Part shown: piece by piece, positions 52,107 to 64,000 of the stretch
Layout of the letters: every line of letters starts with the position of its first letter
Position numbering within the stretch: position 1 is the stretch's first letter
Assembly: GCF_963853765.1 (NCBI RefSeq)
Contig: NC_088859.1
Span: forward strand, 8,680,001-8,744,000
Source of the DNA: Magallana gigas
Taxonomy: Eukaryota
Direction: 5' to 3'
DNA: 64,000 bases
Notes under the pieces: model-generated
The model's input: the letters and a program-made list of their open reading frames with translations, nothing else
What the model was told of the DNA's origin: nothing
Databases searched by the model: none
Position numbers and translations under genes: made by a program

Positions 52107-52718
52107 ATTATTAAAAGACACATGCATGTACAGAATTATGTGGTGCATGTATATACATATAGTTATAGAAAAAGCAGCGACACATATATACTGCTATATA
52201 AAAATAATGAACTCGATTTTTTCTGATTTAAAACCGGGAAATTGGTTATTTTGGTTAATTTATATCGTAATTCTGTATCCTATTCCAAACTGAATGGTTT
52301 GGTGGGATATCCTTAACCCACAACTTTTCTCATATCATGTTCATCTTACTCAACTCGAGCACATACGGGTTAATGTCTGGAAAAATGTAACTTATCTCTT
52401 TGATCAATAAACGTAAAAGATGCATGCAGACGAGGGGGGAAAAGAGAAGGTTTGAATTCTTGGAGCCGATGTAAAAATTTTAGTTTTTAGCAATCAATTT
52501 AATCTACCTTCGCTTGAAATATTTACATTTTTTCAGTGTCATTGCCGGTGATAACACGACGAATCGATTTTTTTAATGCACAGTCTGATAAATTCAAATG
52601 GCTTGTTGTTGGGGCGCAAGCGGGGTTTTGATAGTTAAAAGAAATGATTATCACATAAATGTGTCAATATTCTATTATTTAATCGTACAGTTGCTGAAAA
52701 TTGTACAGATATAAAGAA

Positions 52719-52821
52719 TAAGGAATCATTCTTTGAATATTATGGTCGGGGCGTGATCATGTCTGTTGAACACGCCCCGACCAAAATCATCACCTCATAA
52801 TGCTCAAATAATGATTCCTTA
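52719..52821. mobile_element. Third, internally deleted copy of the AAGGAATCATT fold-back MITE
   Basis: TAAGGAATCATTCTTTGAATATTATG ... CATAATGCTCAAATAATGATTCCTTA. Confidence 0.78.
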
Positions 52822-53188
52822 TCTCCTCCGGTAAATGCAAAAAATGTTAGTCCCTAGAATTAAAACTGTCTTTATTGTGGTATAATAAATTCATAGATCT
52901 ATTGATGTAAATTATTGACAAGCTTGCTCGATAGAGCTATGAGATTTATCATCAATTTATTACATAAAAATCACAAGTTTTAGGGAAATAAAACAATTTT
53001 AATACTAGAAATGTTTATCGCATATATGTATTTTTCAGATGCCTTTATATTTAAAACACTTTAAATAACTTCAATCATATCATTATGTACCATGTATACA
53101 TTAATAAGTGTAATAGAAACAACCATAAAAGCATTAGGCAGGAAATATCAAAAGGTGCACTTATTAAACCAATTGGAACCAACTAGGC

Positions 53189-53192
<4 letters not shown>

Positions 53193-53226
<34 letters not shown>
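53193..53226 (+). repeat. (AG)17 microsatellite
   Basis: Direct reading. Confidence 0.95.
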
Positions 53227-53230
<4 letters not shown>

Positions 53231-54274
53231 CATATTATTTTTTAAAATAAATTGCAAAGTTTAAAATATGTACTTTATAAATGCTAATCACTAATGAACA
53301 CCATTTTAAAACGTTAATAAAATTGAATACCATATCTACAATGTGTATAATTTTTTACAACTTCCGGCTTTAATTTTCTTCACAAGAATTTTAATTGCGT
53401 GTGTATTTATACGAATCTATATCTTAGCGGTTAGCTCATCCAACCTGGTAAGATTAAGGTGCTAGATAAGACTCATATAAAATCATAAAAGTTAAAAGAC
53501 AGCAACAACAACGAGACGGGAAAAAGGCAGATGTTGATCAAAGATGGGCTTCAATGATACTTTTTGTAATATCACTTAACATGCTTAAAATAATTTGTAT
53601 TTTTATCTCGTGATATAACAATTTTTATTAGTCATGCAATGAAACATGAGAAATTAAAATCTTAAGGGGAGGGATTGGGGCACAGTATTGGTCTGGGGTC
53701 ACAATTTCAACAATTTAGAACCAACATTATTTGAGGATGTTTGCATAATAATATTTGGCCTTGCCCAGTAGCTCTTGAGAAGTCTCTTGAGAATCCTAAC
53801 CCCCTCCCCCCCCCCCCCCCCCCAACACCCACACACACACACAAACACACACTTTAATGGGACCATGTTGAAAATTGAATTGAAAATAATGGGATACGCA
53901 GTGAACTGACCCCCCCCCCCCCAAAGGATTAGGATTTTCAGGAATTTTAAGAGAGAAAGTAGTCCATTTTCCTTGTTTTTCTGCTTGTCATTTTTCGATG
54001 AGTCTGCCCCCCCCCCCCCCCAAACAACGTTCAAAACGATGCTGCGTGCACGTTATTTAAATAAAAATCAAATCATTACTATATCAAATAAAAGTATACA
54101 TTTAGCCAATGTAATATTTTTCCCTAAGTATTTAAACCATTTTACGTCGCCTCTATACAAATTTTTAACTTGCTGTTTACGAACAATCTTCTTTACCAAC
54201 CTTTCCTGTTATTAGTGTAATGTTTTATCAAAACGAAAGTAGAAATTTACTTTCAGTTTAAGCCACAACAAAAA

Positions 54275-54280
54275 CACGTG
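54275..54280. promoter_or_regulatory. E-box CACGTG just upstream of the WDR18 start codon
   Basis: AACACGTGCA, ending 13 nt before ATG 54293. Confidence 0.5.
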
Positions 54281-54292
54281 CACAGGACCAAG

Positions 54293-57200
54293 ATGACTTC
54301 AAATGAGGTAGTAAATTATATCAATATTGTGCTTTACTAGATCTTTATCACGAAAACTTTTTTTTAAGGGCTTCATTAGTTTGCGAAGTATATTTTGTGG
54401 TGTAAGTAATTCAAAATAGGCTTACATACAGGTATGTTCCTCTCTCGAAAATCCATTTTGATTTTCATCTCTTGTAACTATCTTTGATATCATATCGTTT
54501 TGTTCTTTTAGAGATTGTTCATATAAAAACATAAATTTGTTGATAGATTTTGTTGACGAGTGAAACATCTGGACAGCTCTGGAATGTCTGTGTGTGGGAT
54601 ATGGAGTCGGGAACCAGTGTTGTGACGTTTAAAGGGGGAACAAGTGCCCCTCACGGAGTGGGGGTGTTAGGTCAACAGTACTTAGTCAGTGCTTCCCCCA
54701 CCAAACCAGTATTATCATTATGGCCGCTTCACAAGAGGGTATAGAATCTAGATAGATATATTATATGTTGGTTAAATGATAGCTGCAGGTCTGTATATAG
54801 CTCCCCATCTGAAAAGAGAGTTTTGGTTGAAGATGACCTGGGAGCTACAGTGCCACCCATGGGAAAAATTTATTGCTCACAAAAACGTGCACTAGTTTTG
54901 GACTAATTAATTAACCTTATTTGACATATTTGTACACACATTCTGTGAACTGCTGATATCGTCTCTTAATTTACTTGCCTCAGACTTTTTCTGAAACCAG
55001 CTACTGTCCTTGAAAAATCAAGTGTGTTAAATTTACTTCGAGATCAAGAGTCACCATTTTTACATGTAAACAAACTGTAAACAAACTGCACTACTTCACT
55101 TTATGTGGCTGGTGATGGTGTTTAAAGACTATCAGCTAGAGGCAAGTAAAGAGACGATATCAGTAGTAAATTTCATGAAGAATGGTACTAACTGTTTTCA
55201 CAGAATTTGCATATAAATATGGTTAATCAGTCAAAAACTAATGCATGTTTTTATGCGCAATAAGTACACAATTTTTTCAATGGGTGGCACTGTAGCTCCC
55301 AGGTCATCCATCCGAATTTTTTCAGACCGGGAGCTACAGGCCTGCAGATAGTTAAATGATATTAGCTATGTTTGTTTGATAATATATCATCATAAAATTC
55401 TCATTTTATAATAGATTTAAAAAATCAATGCTGACAATTTCCTTAAAACATGAAACATAAAAATCAAATGTTTGTAATATTACTTTTTTTTTCCAATAAT
55501 TGAAATTTTTTGATAATTATCATAATGTCCGTCTTTAAATGTTTTCATGACTGGTTTTAAAATGTCTTCATGCTCATTGATTTTTTGCTTTGGTTTAGTA
55601 AGTAAAGAGTTTTCAAACCTTAAAAAGCTTTTTCATAGCTTGTATCAGTATATTAACTTTTTTAAAAATGTTATTTAAACTATTTAGATCCATTTAGTTC
55701 TGAATCAACTGAATACCAGCATGTAGTCTTAATTTGTGCAGCTATCTTTTCAATTACATACAAATGAAAATTGCTATTTAGATAAATGCCTAGATCTCTG
55801 TATGGTTTTTTTTGTGTGTTTAGATTTAGCTGTTTATTTTTTGTTTCATCAAATCCAAGACTTACAGGCATTTTCATAACCTCTTATATGCTTCTGTATA
55901 TAGGATACCACATGTTCCAAGATGGTTTGTCCCGGCAATGTAACGGCGCTGGAGATTACCGAGGATGGGGCCTACATAGTGGCAGCCATTGCAGAGAAAA
56001 TTTATGTCTGGCAGGTAAAAAGTTTTAAGTTTTTGAGCTTACATATGTCAAAAACTTTCTGAAGAAATGAAGATCACTGTGTATACATACAGTATAAGGG
56101 TTTGATTTTTTGGATGAGGTGCTATTCAGTCAAACTTCGTTATCTCAAACTAGATGGGACTGTTAAAAAACTTCAAGATATCCAAGTATTTGAGATATCG
56201 ATGGTAAAAACTTTAAAAAATAAGTAGTTTGGACTTACGAATCACTTCATTGTATTCGAGATATCAGTGTTTGAGATATCAAATTTCAACTGTATTTAGC
56301 TTCATAATTTATTGATAAATTTTGGTGCCTGTATATTGATTGAAGCCTAGCCTTGGCTTTGATGGTGAAATTGTTTTCATAACCAAAAATCTCATTCATC
56401 GTGGGTTTTCTGTGTAGGTATGTACTGGACGACTGCTGAGTATACTGAGCAGACATTATCAAACCATCACTTGTCTGAAGAGTTCATCTGGTTTGATTGT
56501 ATCTGGGGGAGAGGACAGTTTAGTTATTGTTTGGTCACTCGCAAAGTAAGTGCATCAGGATATAGATATGAATATGAAATGTCAAGTTTTCCTGGCCTAA
56601 CACCTCTCATTTATTAGATTAACTTAACAAAATAAAATGACTGATTTTTTTAACAATGATGTTATTGTTGTATATACTCTTTGTGACGTTTGACACTTTA
56701 AGATATAATTATCAATTATACTTTTAAAATGACCGACTTTGTAAGCAAACATGTTTATGAAAAATGACTGTTTGCATAATTAAACTTACAAAGTATATTT
56801 TGTTCTCTATAGAGCCCTTTGTGAACAACTAGAACACAGAGCCCCGGTGACACCTGAACGGGTGTGGTCGAGCCACTCCCTACCGGTCACTGACCTTCAC
56901 CTGGGGGTGGGGGGACACCTGTCCAGAGTGGTCTCCTCCTCCCTGGACCAGACTTGTCGTCTCTTTGACGTCAACAGTGGAGAGCTGTTGTGTACGTTTG
57001 TGTTCGAGGTCGGCATCTGCTCTGTTGTTCTGGACCCGGCTGAGTTCCGATTGTTTGCCGGGAGCAGTTCTGGGACAATTTACGCTGTCAATCTATTTGA
57101 AACAGTAAGTGTCTCTGGGGGTACATCAGATGCAGTGTACACAATCAATGCAAGTTTCATCCTACCACAGCCCTACATGTAGCACCTTTTATAACCAAAC

Positions 57201-59616
57201 CAGGACATTCTGTTTTGATTAAGTTTGTAGTGACCTCTCTTACGCCATATAAGATTTATGATTTTTAATGAGGATAATGATTTTATGATGAAAATAGGTA
57301 AAATGTGTTTGTATATATGGCTTTATGTAATATGATTTTGATTGGATGCTTGTTTTGTAGCCGGTGAGGAGGGAGAGGCACATCACAGACAAAAAAGAGG
57401 ACCAGTCCTGTCAGAGATTTGATGGCCATGAGTATGTAAACCTTATAGATTCTGAAAACATTATAATTATTACTATTTAAATAACCTTAATATGCTTTTT
57501 CAATTTTTAAATTTTCTACATTTCTATTTCTTCCGTTGTTCAGTATAAAATTGTTGATAAAACTGATGTTTCTGTCAAATAATTTATAGTACTTTTTTGT
57601 GTTATTTTAGAATTGATATATGTGCCAGTAGCCAATTCAAAACTAAACTAGAAGACTTATTTTACTGTTGCTTTGATATAATAATTCAAAAATTAAGCTG
57701 CAGTGATATGACTGGAAGGGGAAAGGGGTCTATATAACTTAGATATTTGTAGTACAAATTTAGGCTAAATGGACCATAGATATCGGCCTGGGTACCTCAG
57801 TGGTAGAGCTGACTATAAAGAGTTGCAGGCGGGTTCGACTCCTGGTCCAGCATATGTTTTCAATGTATTTAATATGCTCATTCTTCCCTTCCTATTACAT
57901 TTGGTGTCGGGACCAACCCCTGGAACTGACAGGTTAACTCCTGCCAGGGGAAGAACCTAGGATGATCTTTGATGGCGGAGATCATTTAGTGAGGGAGTAA
58001 TGTAGTAGTTGGAGCTATATAGACCGTGGATATCGGCCTGGGTAGCTCAGTGGTAGAGCTCCTTACTAGAGTTCCTCCTTTGCTATTACATATTAATCTT
58101 TTCTTTTTTTTTTCATTCTCAGAAAACAGGTGACCTGTCTGTGTGTGACAATGGATGGGTGTCAGCTGGTCTCCGGGTCACATGATCACAAGGTTAAAAT
58201 CTGGGACATCTTCAGTGGACAGTGTTTGAGGACAATAGAACACAAAGGTAATTCAGTGCATGTACAAGAAGATTACCATATAAGTAATTAATTTAAGCAA
58301 TCAATTTAAGCTACCCATTTTAACGGAGCATTAGTCTACAATATACTGAAATAGGAATATAGAAACCATTTCTTATGATTTATATTTTGATTTCCTGTTT
58401 ATATACAAAATAAGACAATTATTATTTATGAATGACAACAAGTTTAATGCATTTTAAGCAGATTAAGATGAACGATGTAGTAGTAAATCACATTTTGACA
58501 TCCGATAGGTCATGCACTTTGTGCAGTTATATATTAACGGTACCTCAAATGATTCAGGTAGTGAAATGCAAAAATCACAACTATGATTGCTTTCAGATCA
58601 TTGTCAAGAAAGTAAAAAAAAAATTAATTGAGCACAGTTAATGAAGAAGTGTAAAAGTCATTGTATTGTATTAACAGGGCCAGTAACCAATGCCAAACTG
58701 ACAATGGCACCCCCAGGTATAGTGAATCCAGACGTAAAGTACAAGCTCCCTCTCCAGCCTCTACAGAGGGTGTTCCATGCAGACTCACAGGAAGAGGGTG
58801 GTCACGCCTCACTGAACATCCTCCTTCATGGAGAGAACGATGAACCAGAGGTAAGGACAGGGGGGACAACTCAAGTGCTCACCATAGGTCCATTTCTTTG
58901 TCTATGTTTCTCTGGGATTTTGATTAAGAATGACTGTTTTTAAAAGTTTTCTTGGCTTAAATTCAGTATTGTGTTCATTTAAAAGAAATGTGTTTGTCTA
59001 TCATTTCTTTTTTTCTGTGTGACTATTAAGGGGAGACAATTCAAATCCTAATAATTGAATAAACAGAGCATATACATGTAGATATATATATATATACTTT
59101 TTTATTCATAACAGAAAGAAGAGGATATACTTAAACCTGACTCTGAAATACAGATGGATTTTAAACACAGGTCAAAAGACATTGAGGTAACAATGATAAT
59201 TGTATAATTTTGCTTTACTCAAATAATTGTCAATAGAGAATTTAAGTAAATAAAACTGATAAATGAGTGTGGGAAGAAAAAGAATGATAAAGCACCTGTT
59301 TTGTTTTTTTTTACTTTTTTCAATTTATTGTTCAGTCATTATTCTGCCTTTTTAGGTAAAAAAAAAAAATAAGTTGTTGGGGCCCAAATTTTGAGAGACA
59401 CAATTCTTGCTAGTACATGTATTGTACGTCTCTGTAAAAATTATTTTGGTTTTTTTACAGAACATGGATACTAATGAATCTGTGACCCTGGATATCCCTG
59501 TACCTGTAATGACTACCACTGTGTCAAACTCATCAGAACTTAACAAACTTAAAAATGCTAATAAGGAGTTATTTCATTTTGCTGTCAGTACTCTTTTACA
59601 GAACAAGGACAAATAA
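54293..59616 (+). CDS. WDR18: WD repeat-containing protein 18 (Rix1/PeLP1 complex, pre-60S biogenesis; IPI3 homologue); 444 aa
   Basis: Ten exons, all GT-AG with consistent phases: 54293-54307, 54547-54738, 55904-56014, 56418-56545, 56813-57104, 57361-57431, 58123-58247, 58678-58850, 59115-59186, 59461-59616. Peptides match recalled WDR18 motifs: LSRHYQTITCL, SGGEDSLVIVWSL, WSSHSLPVTDLHLGVGG, RVVSSSLDQT, LVSGSHDHKVKIWD, GPVTNA, C-terminal LKNANKELFHFA. AATAAA at 59864. Confidence 0.95.
54780..55350. mobile_element. MULE-like non-autonomous element in WDR18 intron 2 (longest family member here)
   Basis: About 75-bp TIRs (TAGCTGCAGG...GATGACCTGGGAGCTACAGTGCCACCCAT and its inverse); exact 9-bp TSD GTTAAATGA at 54771-54779 and 55351-55359. 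Confidence 0.88.
56127..56292. mobile_element. MITE, Tc1/mariner-type, in WDR18 intron 3
   Basis: CAGTCAAACTTCGTTATCTC ... GAGATATCAAATTTCAACTG|TA. Confidence 0.7.
57748..58090 (+). mobile_element. Miniature LTR retroelement (TRIM-like) with tRNA-derived LTRs, in WDR18 intron 6
   Basis: 5' LTR 57748-57899 and 3' LTR 58001-58090, both TGTAGTA...CTATTACA; 4-bp TSD TATT (57744-57747, 58091-58094); PBS-like TGGTGTCGGGACC at 57902; purine tract GAGGGAGTAA before the 3' LTR; A box (57793-57803, 58043-58053); B box GGTTCGACTCC (57832-57842). Confidence 0.85.
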
Positions 59617-60699
59617 ACTTTTTATTTTACTTTAGTCTGCTGGGTTTTATTGAAAGAGTGATAATATAATCATTATCATAACATTATGAATTTGCCAATT
59701 GTAGACTTGTTTTGTCTCTAAGTAATGGCTGACATCCAAGACAGCCTGATTTTGAGTTTTTAATCTTGCTTCATCCAGTGCTCTTGACCAACCTATGAAA
59801 TTGGCAGGTTATGTTCTTAGACTAACAGATGATGCCAAGCGTGGGGTGTCTTTCTGCATGTATAATAAATCTCTTTTAATAGGAATTAAGACCGAGCCTG
59901 TCTTGGATTTGGTTGTTATCAAAACACATGCAGGCACCTGATATATTATATATTTTTCTCATGATAAAATATACATACTCTCTACCTAAAAATACATTAT
60001 AGATAGATTTTATGGGAGGTATTATTAGGTATATTGAATATATTTTTATATATGAGAAAAGTATATAACGTTAGGTGCCTGTGTATCGGAATTATAAACC
60101 TTTAAATTGCTCTGCATCTTTTTTGCTTTTGTGACAGTTTTACATATCATGTTACAATGGATAGAAGTACAGACAACTGTTACAATCAGAACCAAAATAT
60201 TAAAAGTTAAATATCTCCAATCTTGAATTGATTCCCTCCACAGTAGCAAAGAGGATAAGTTAGATCCATGTGATTTCCCCTCCAGTATACAGGGAACCAA
60301 CTCCCCATTTGTTTTGAATATCACAGAAACTCCGAGGTTATAGGATTAAAATCATCAAAAGGACAGACTTTCAAAACAAAAAAAATGTAATCCAACAATA
60401 GAATATTGACATCAAATCAAATTTCATAGTTGGCAGCTACAGTGCAATGTTGCTGATAAATTAAATGGTGCATTCTGTCTGTTGTGATTATATTCTTTAT
60501 TTATCAGCAAGATTTATATTATTTTCTCAGACGTGAACTTTATATTTTGAGCAAGGGTTGGCATGCCATATTTTTTTTTTTTTTAAATCAAATCTTTCGT
60601 CGAAACAGGAAAGGGTAATTATGATTTAATCAGGCTATAAGCAAAGTCTTTCCAGTTGGACACCTTTAAAGTTCATTCATTTCAATGTCTTTACAACTA

Positions 60700-60894
60700 T
60701 GTCTTTCACGGTTTTTTGTCGTCCTTTTCGCTTTTTGGTGGAATCGGAAGAACGATAACTCGGGTATGACCAGTCAAGCGGGTACACCATGCACCAATCA
60801 GAAGAAAGGGTTCAAGAAATAGAACAGTGTACGAAAACGTGATGTTGCAATTGCATAACAATAAGAATTTTGAAGACTGATGTTGATCGTAAGT
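60700..60894 (+). promoter_or_regulatory. Possible promoter and non-coding first exon of a downstream + strand gene
   Basis: Local CpG-rich patch in CpG-poor surroundings; CCAAT box at 60794-60798; consensus donor GTAAGT at 60889-60894; all three + frames closed before the donor. Confidence 0.4.
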
Positions 60895-62395
60895 ATCTCT
60901 TGATGGTTTTATCATTTAGGACGAAGGAAAGTACTCGTTCATGGCAAGTTGTATGCTAAATTGTGCTATATGTCTGTTGCCGTTTTTTTGTTTGTTGTTG
61001 TTTTTTTGCAAATGTCAAGATTACAGTCAATGTTTACAGTTAGAATGAATGAAAGAATGAATCAGCCCCGTGATATTATCGGCATTGCCGTATTTGTCTA
61101 TGAAAATGAATGTCAACAAGCTGGGTAACGTGTTACATGTGTATTAGCATTTCTGGGAGCTGTCAGATTTGCTGTATTTTGTATGCAATGACAGTCCACA
61201 CGTGAGTTGAATAAAGGGAACAACTGGTCTCCTGCCAATAAACAACATTGAGAATTGCATAGGCTATAATTCAACAAGTCAAACCCAAACTGTGATATTT
61301 GTAAATTAAAGCATGTATGTTTCATATGTGAATTGCTAATTTTTGCAGCAAGAAAAATTAAAGATTCTGTACTATCAACACAACAAAGTACTTGAGTTGT
61401 TTAGTACAAAGTATGTGTATCATCAGTCAAACTATGTGTACATCATATCACATCATTTTCCTGTTTCCTGCTTCAAAATGTCAGAAGGATGCTTGTCTTT
61501 TTATCAGGCAGTTGAAACTTGTTTAACATAATTCTGCACAAAATTATTAAACTGACATATGTTTGGTGTTTGCAATAGCTCTCTCCTGTGGTGTCATGCA
61601 ATCACTAGGATCTTTTCTGCAGATTCATGGTATATCCTGAAACTTGTTTGTTGAACCTGATTTTATTTACCATTGTACATTGCCTTTTAAATTCATCAGT
61701 TCATATATATACATTCATTTGACCATGCAGTTCCAAATACTAGGGTATTGATTTGGGTTAGCTGTAAATATACACAGGAGTTATTTTGAAACTTTCTTTG
61801 CTTGTCAAATTAAATAAGATTGATGACTACAGATAAAAATATTATCTTGTCACCTACAATCAACTGTTTTTAAAATGTCAGTAGATGAAAAGTATCTGCC
61901 TCTGTATCAGAGATTTAACCTGATTAATTTTGGAAAAAGCGAAAACAGCAATTTTTAATTCTGTTGTCTATAAGGGTGTCGATCATGTCTATACAGAAAA
62001 TGTCAGACAAAAATCTCAATTGCCATTTCTTTTTATTTTCAAATATCCTTTGGGATATAGTACATCTTTGAGCACCATTTACCTTAATTGTTGTGATAAG
62101 ACCTCTATTCCTGTGGGCTTAAAAAGACATAAAATATGTGTAGGTTTCAACAGTATAGTTTTGTATTTATTGAATGATATTTTTATCTTTATAGGAAAAT
62201 TTTGGTAACTGATTGATTTTTTAACAATTTGAAACATTGAAATACCAATATTTAAGTCAAAGGTATGGTTGCATGAGCAAAACTGAAATGCTTTGGCTGA
62301 TTGATTTATAAGAATTAGATACCCTAGTACCTGTATTTAATATGTATTTAATAAATTGATGCTTAATTTGAACAAAATAGGACAGTAGTCTTAGA

Positions 62396-62439
62396 TAGCT
62401 GCAGGTCTGTACTCCTGCTTGGAGCTTACAGACCTGCTC
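62396..62439. mobile_element. Minimal hairpin remnant of the MULE-like family
   Basis: TAGCTGCAGGTCTGTA.CTCC-TGCTT-GGAGCTTACAGACCTGC; AGTCTT repeated on both flanks. Confidence 0.65.
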
Positions 62440-64000
62440 AGTCTTTATGAGAGGACCATTTTTCCATAGACTGGATTTTAGAAGAGTTTGTTCTCCATAT
62501 TGAACCCTCTGTCTGGTGAACTACTTGAATGTAACAGATCAGACATTAATCATCCTAGCATTAGTGCAATCTGACACATCTCCCACAAGAAATGAGATTA
62601 TTGCAATAGCAGTTATACACTGTTATTGTTCATGGTAAATGAGTATGTAATATTTGTGATGTAAGTCCATGTGTGTACTCATGTACTTGTTAAAGGTCAC
62701 GAAGTGTGTTTGTATGTATCGACATAATTAGCCACATTTAATTAATGTTTCATATTCTTAGCCACAAAATAAACCAGGATCAAAAACACATCACACTCCT
62801 GTTTGGATCTCGTCCCTGATATTAACTGAAGTGACTGGCATTGGCCCAAGCCTTAAAAAAGTTAAAGTTAAACTTTTCTTGTCATGCTTATTGTGATCAA
62901 ATTTCTTTAATTATTAAAATTTCTGTATTAAAAGATGTTATTGAAAATATTCTTGATTCGGGTATTTCTTCATCAGTTGGTGAGAGAGTGCAAACAAACT
63001 ATTTGTTTAATGTACTGTAATGCATGTACCCTTAGCTTGCATGAGCTGCACTTCGTGATGAAAGATATTGTCAATTCATTGATCATAGCTTTCAGCCAGT
63101 ACTAGTAAACCTAAGGGCAGTAAATTTATATGCCCTAGTAGGTAGACATCTTTAAATGTCTAGAATACAAGGTCAATATACAGCAAACTACAGGGATAGT
63201 AAACACGGTCACGTTTTATACCACATTATTACCCCGGTACCTTTGTTCATGACTGCAGAGATTCAAAGATTTACCCTGGCACATGGATTGAAAGAAAGAA
63301 AATATTCAGAAAGGGAGTGAATATATGCTGCATTTGACAGTCAGTTTAATTAAACTGGGACATGAGAATTAATATATATTATATTAAATTAAATATATGT
63401 ATATATAATAATTAATGTTACTTGTGTTAGTACCTTCAAGTTATTTAAGTATGGCATACAAAAATTACATCGATCAATAATCCGCTTGCTTGGTGAGATA
63501 TTATAATTCATATTCACCGGTTATGAACATGTTGGTATATATGCACTATAAGAGTCCTCAGCAAAACAATTTCCATCTGTTTAGATTATTGTATGATAAA
63601 AGCCCTGAGCAGAATGGGCTTTATCTTTGGTGTACTATAATTCACCCCCTAAGGTGTTTCACTGGTTGTTTGCTATACCTAATATAGTAGATGACTTTCC
63701 TGAAATTCCATGTTAAAATATAAAACTATTTTCACTGAAAATCTCAAAAGTTACATGGCATTGGTAACATAGGCTTTTATTTTGATTTTCCCCAATTTTT
63801 AAGTTTAGATTGGGGTTTTTTCCCAGTCAGTTCAGGCTATGAATGGTTTAGATACCCAAGCCTTTCCAATTATTGCAGTTTGATTTTTTTTATTCCAAAT
63901 TTTTAGCTTATAATTTATCAATCTACTCCACTTCAAATACATGTAACACTGTTTTTAGGCGTGTTTATGATTTATATGCATTCACACACAAACTAACCCC

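Noticed and set aside
57785-57848. Possible tRNA gene
   Set aside because: A and B boxes are present but the anticodon arm is degenerate and the module lies inside LTR-like repeats; called as part of a retroelement.
60046-60324. Minus-strand ORF with a hydrophobic segment and basic tail
   Set aside because: No ATG start or convincing acceptor, no recognisable family, no linked exons; worth only a routine BLAST.
60706-60915. Minus-strand 69-aa ORF ending KDDKKP
   Set aside because: No recognisable homology; the region is better explained as a + strand promoter/first exon, though not excluded.
63490-63687. ORF with repeated Y.KSP.QN motif
   Set aside because: Non-ATG start; explained by a short degenerate DNA direct repeat; no clear splice sites.

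Overview
AT-rich, intron-containing animal genomic DNA with three N gaps. The repeat landscape suggests a bivalve, probably an oyster (inference). The main content is a head-to-tail + strand array of prostanoid-receptor-like class A GPCR genes: five intact two-exon copies (ATGs at 18141, 27225, 34057, 39074, 49787), one decayed pseudogene (about 44.2-44.75 kb) and a short promoter/TM1 stub (about 38.6-38.8 kb). All five copies have the same phase-0 intron at the end of TM6. The array is followed by a complete 10-exon WDR18 (IPI3 homologue) gene at 54293-59616 and a possible promoter/first non-coding exon of another gene near 60.8 kb. Intergenic DNA is packed with non-autonomous transposons (Kolobok-like, Helentron-like, MULE-like, mariner-type MITEs), a Penelope-like RT fragment and local tandem duplications. 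The most notable items are: (i) the expanded, diversifying receptor array, including one copy that has lost predicted prostaglandin-pocket residues; (ii) a complete 343-bp miniature LTR element whose LTRs are built on a tRNA-like Pol III promoter, inside a WDR18 intron. No databases or programs were run; identities are by-eye estimates and family names come from recalled motifs.
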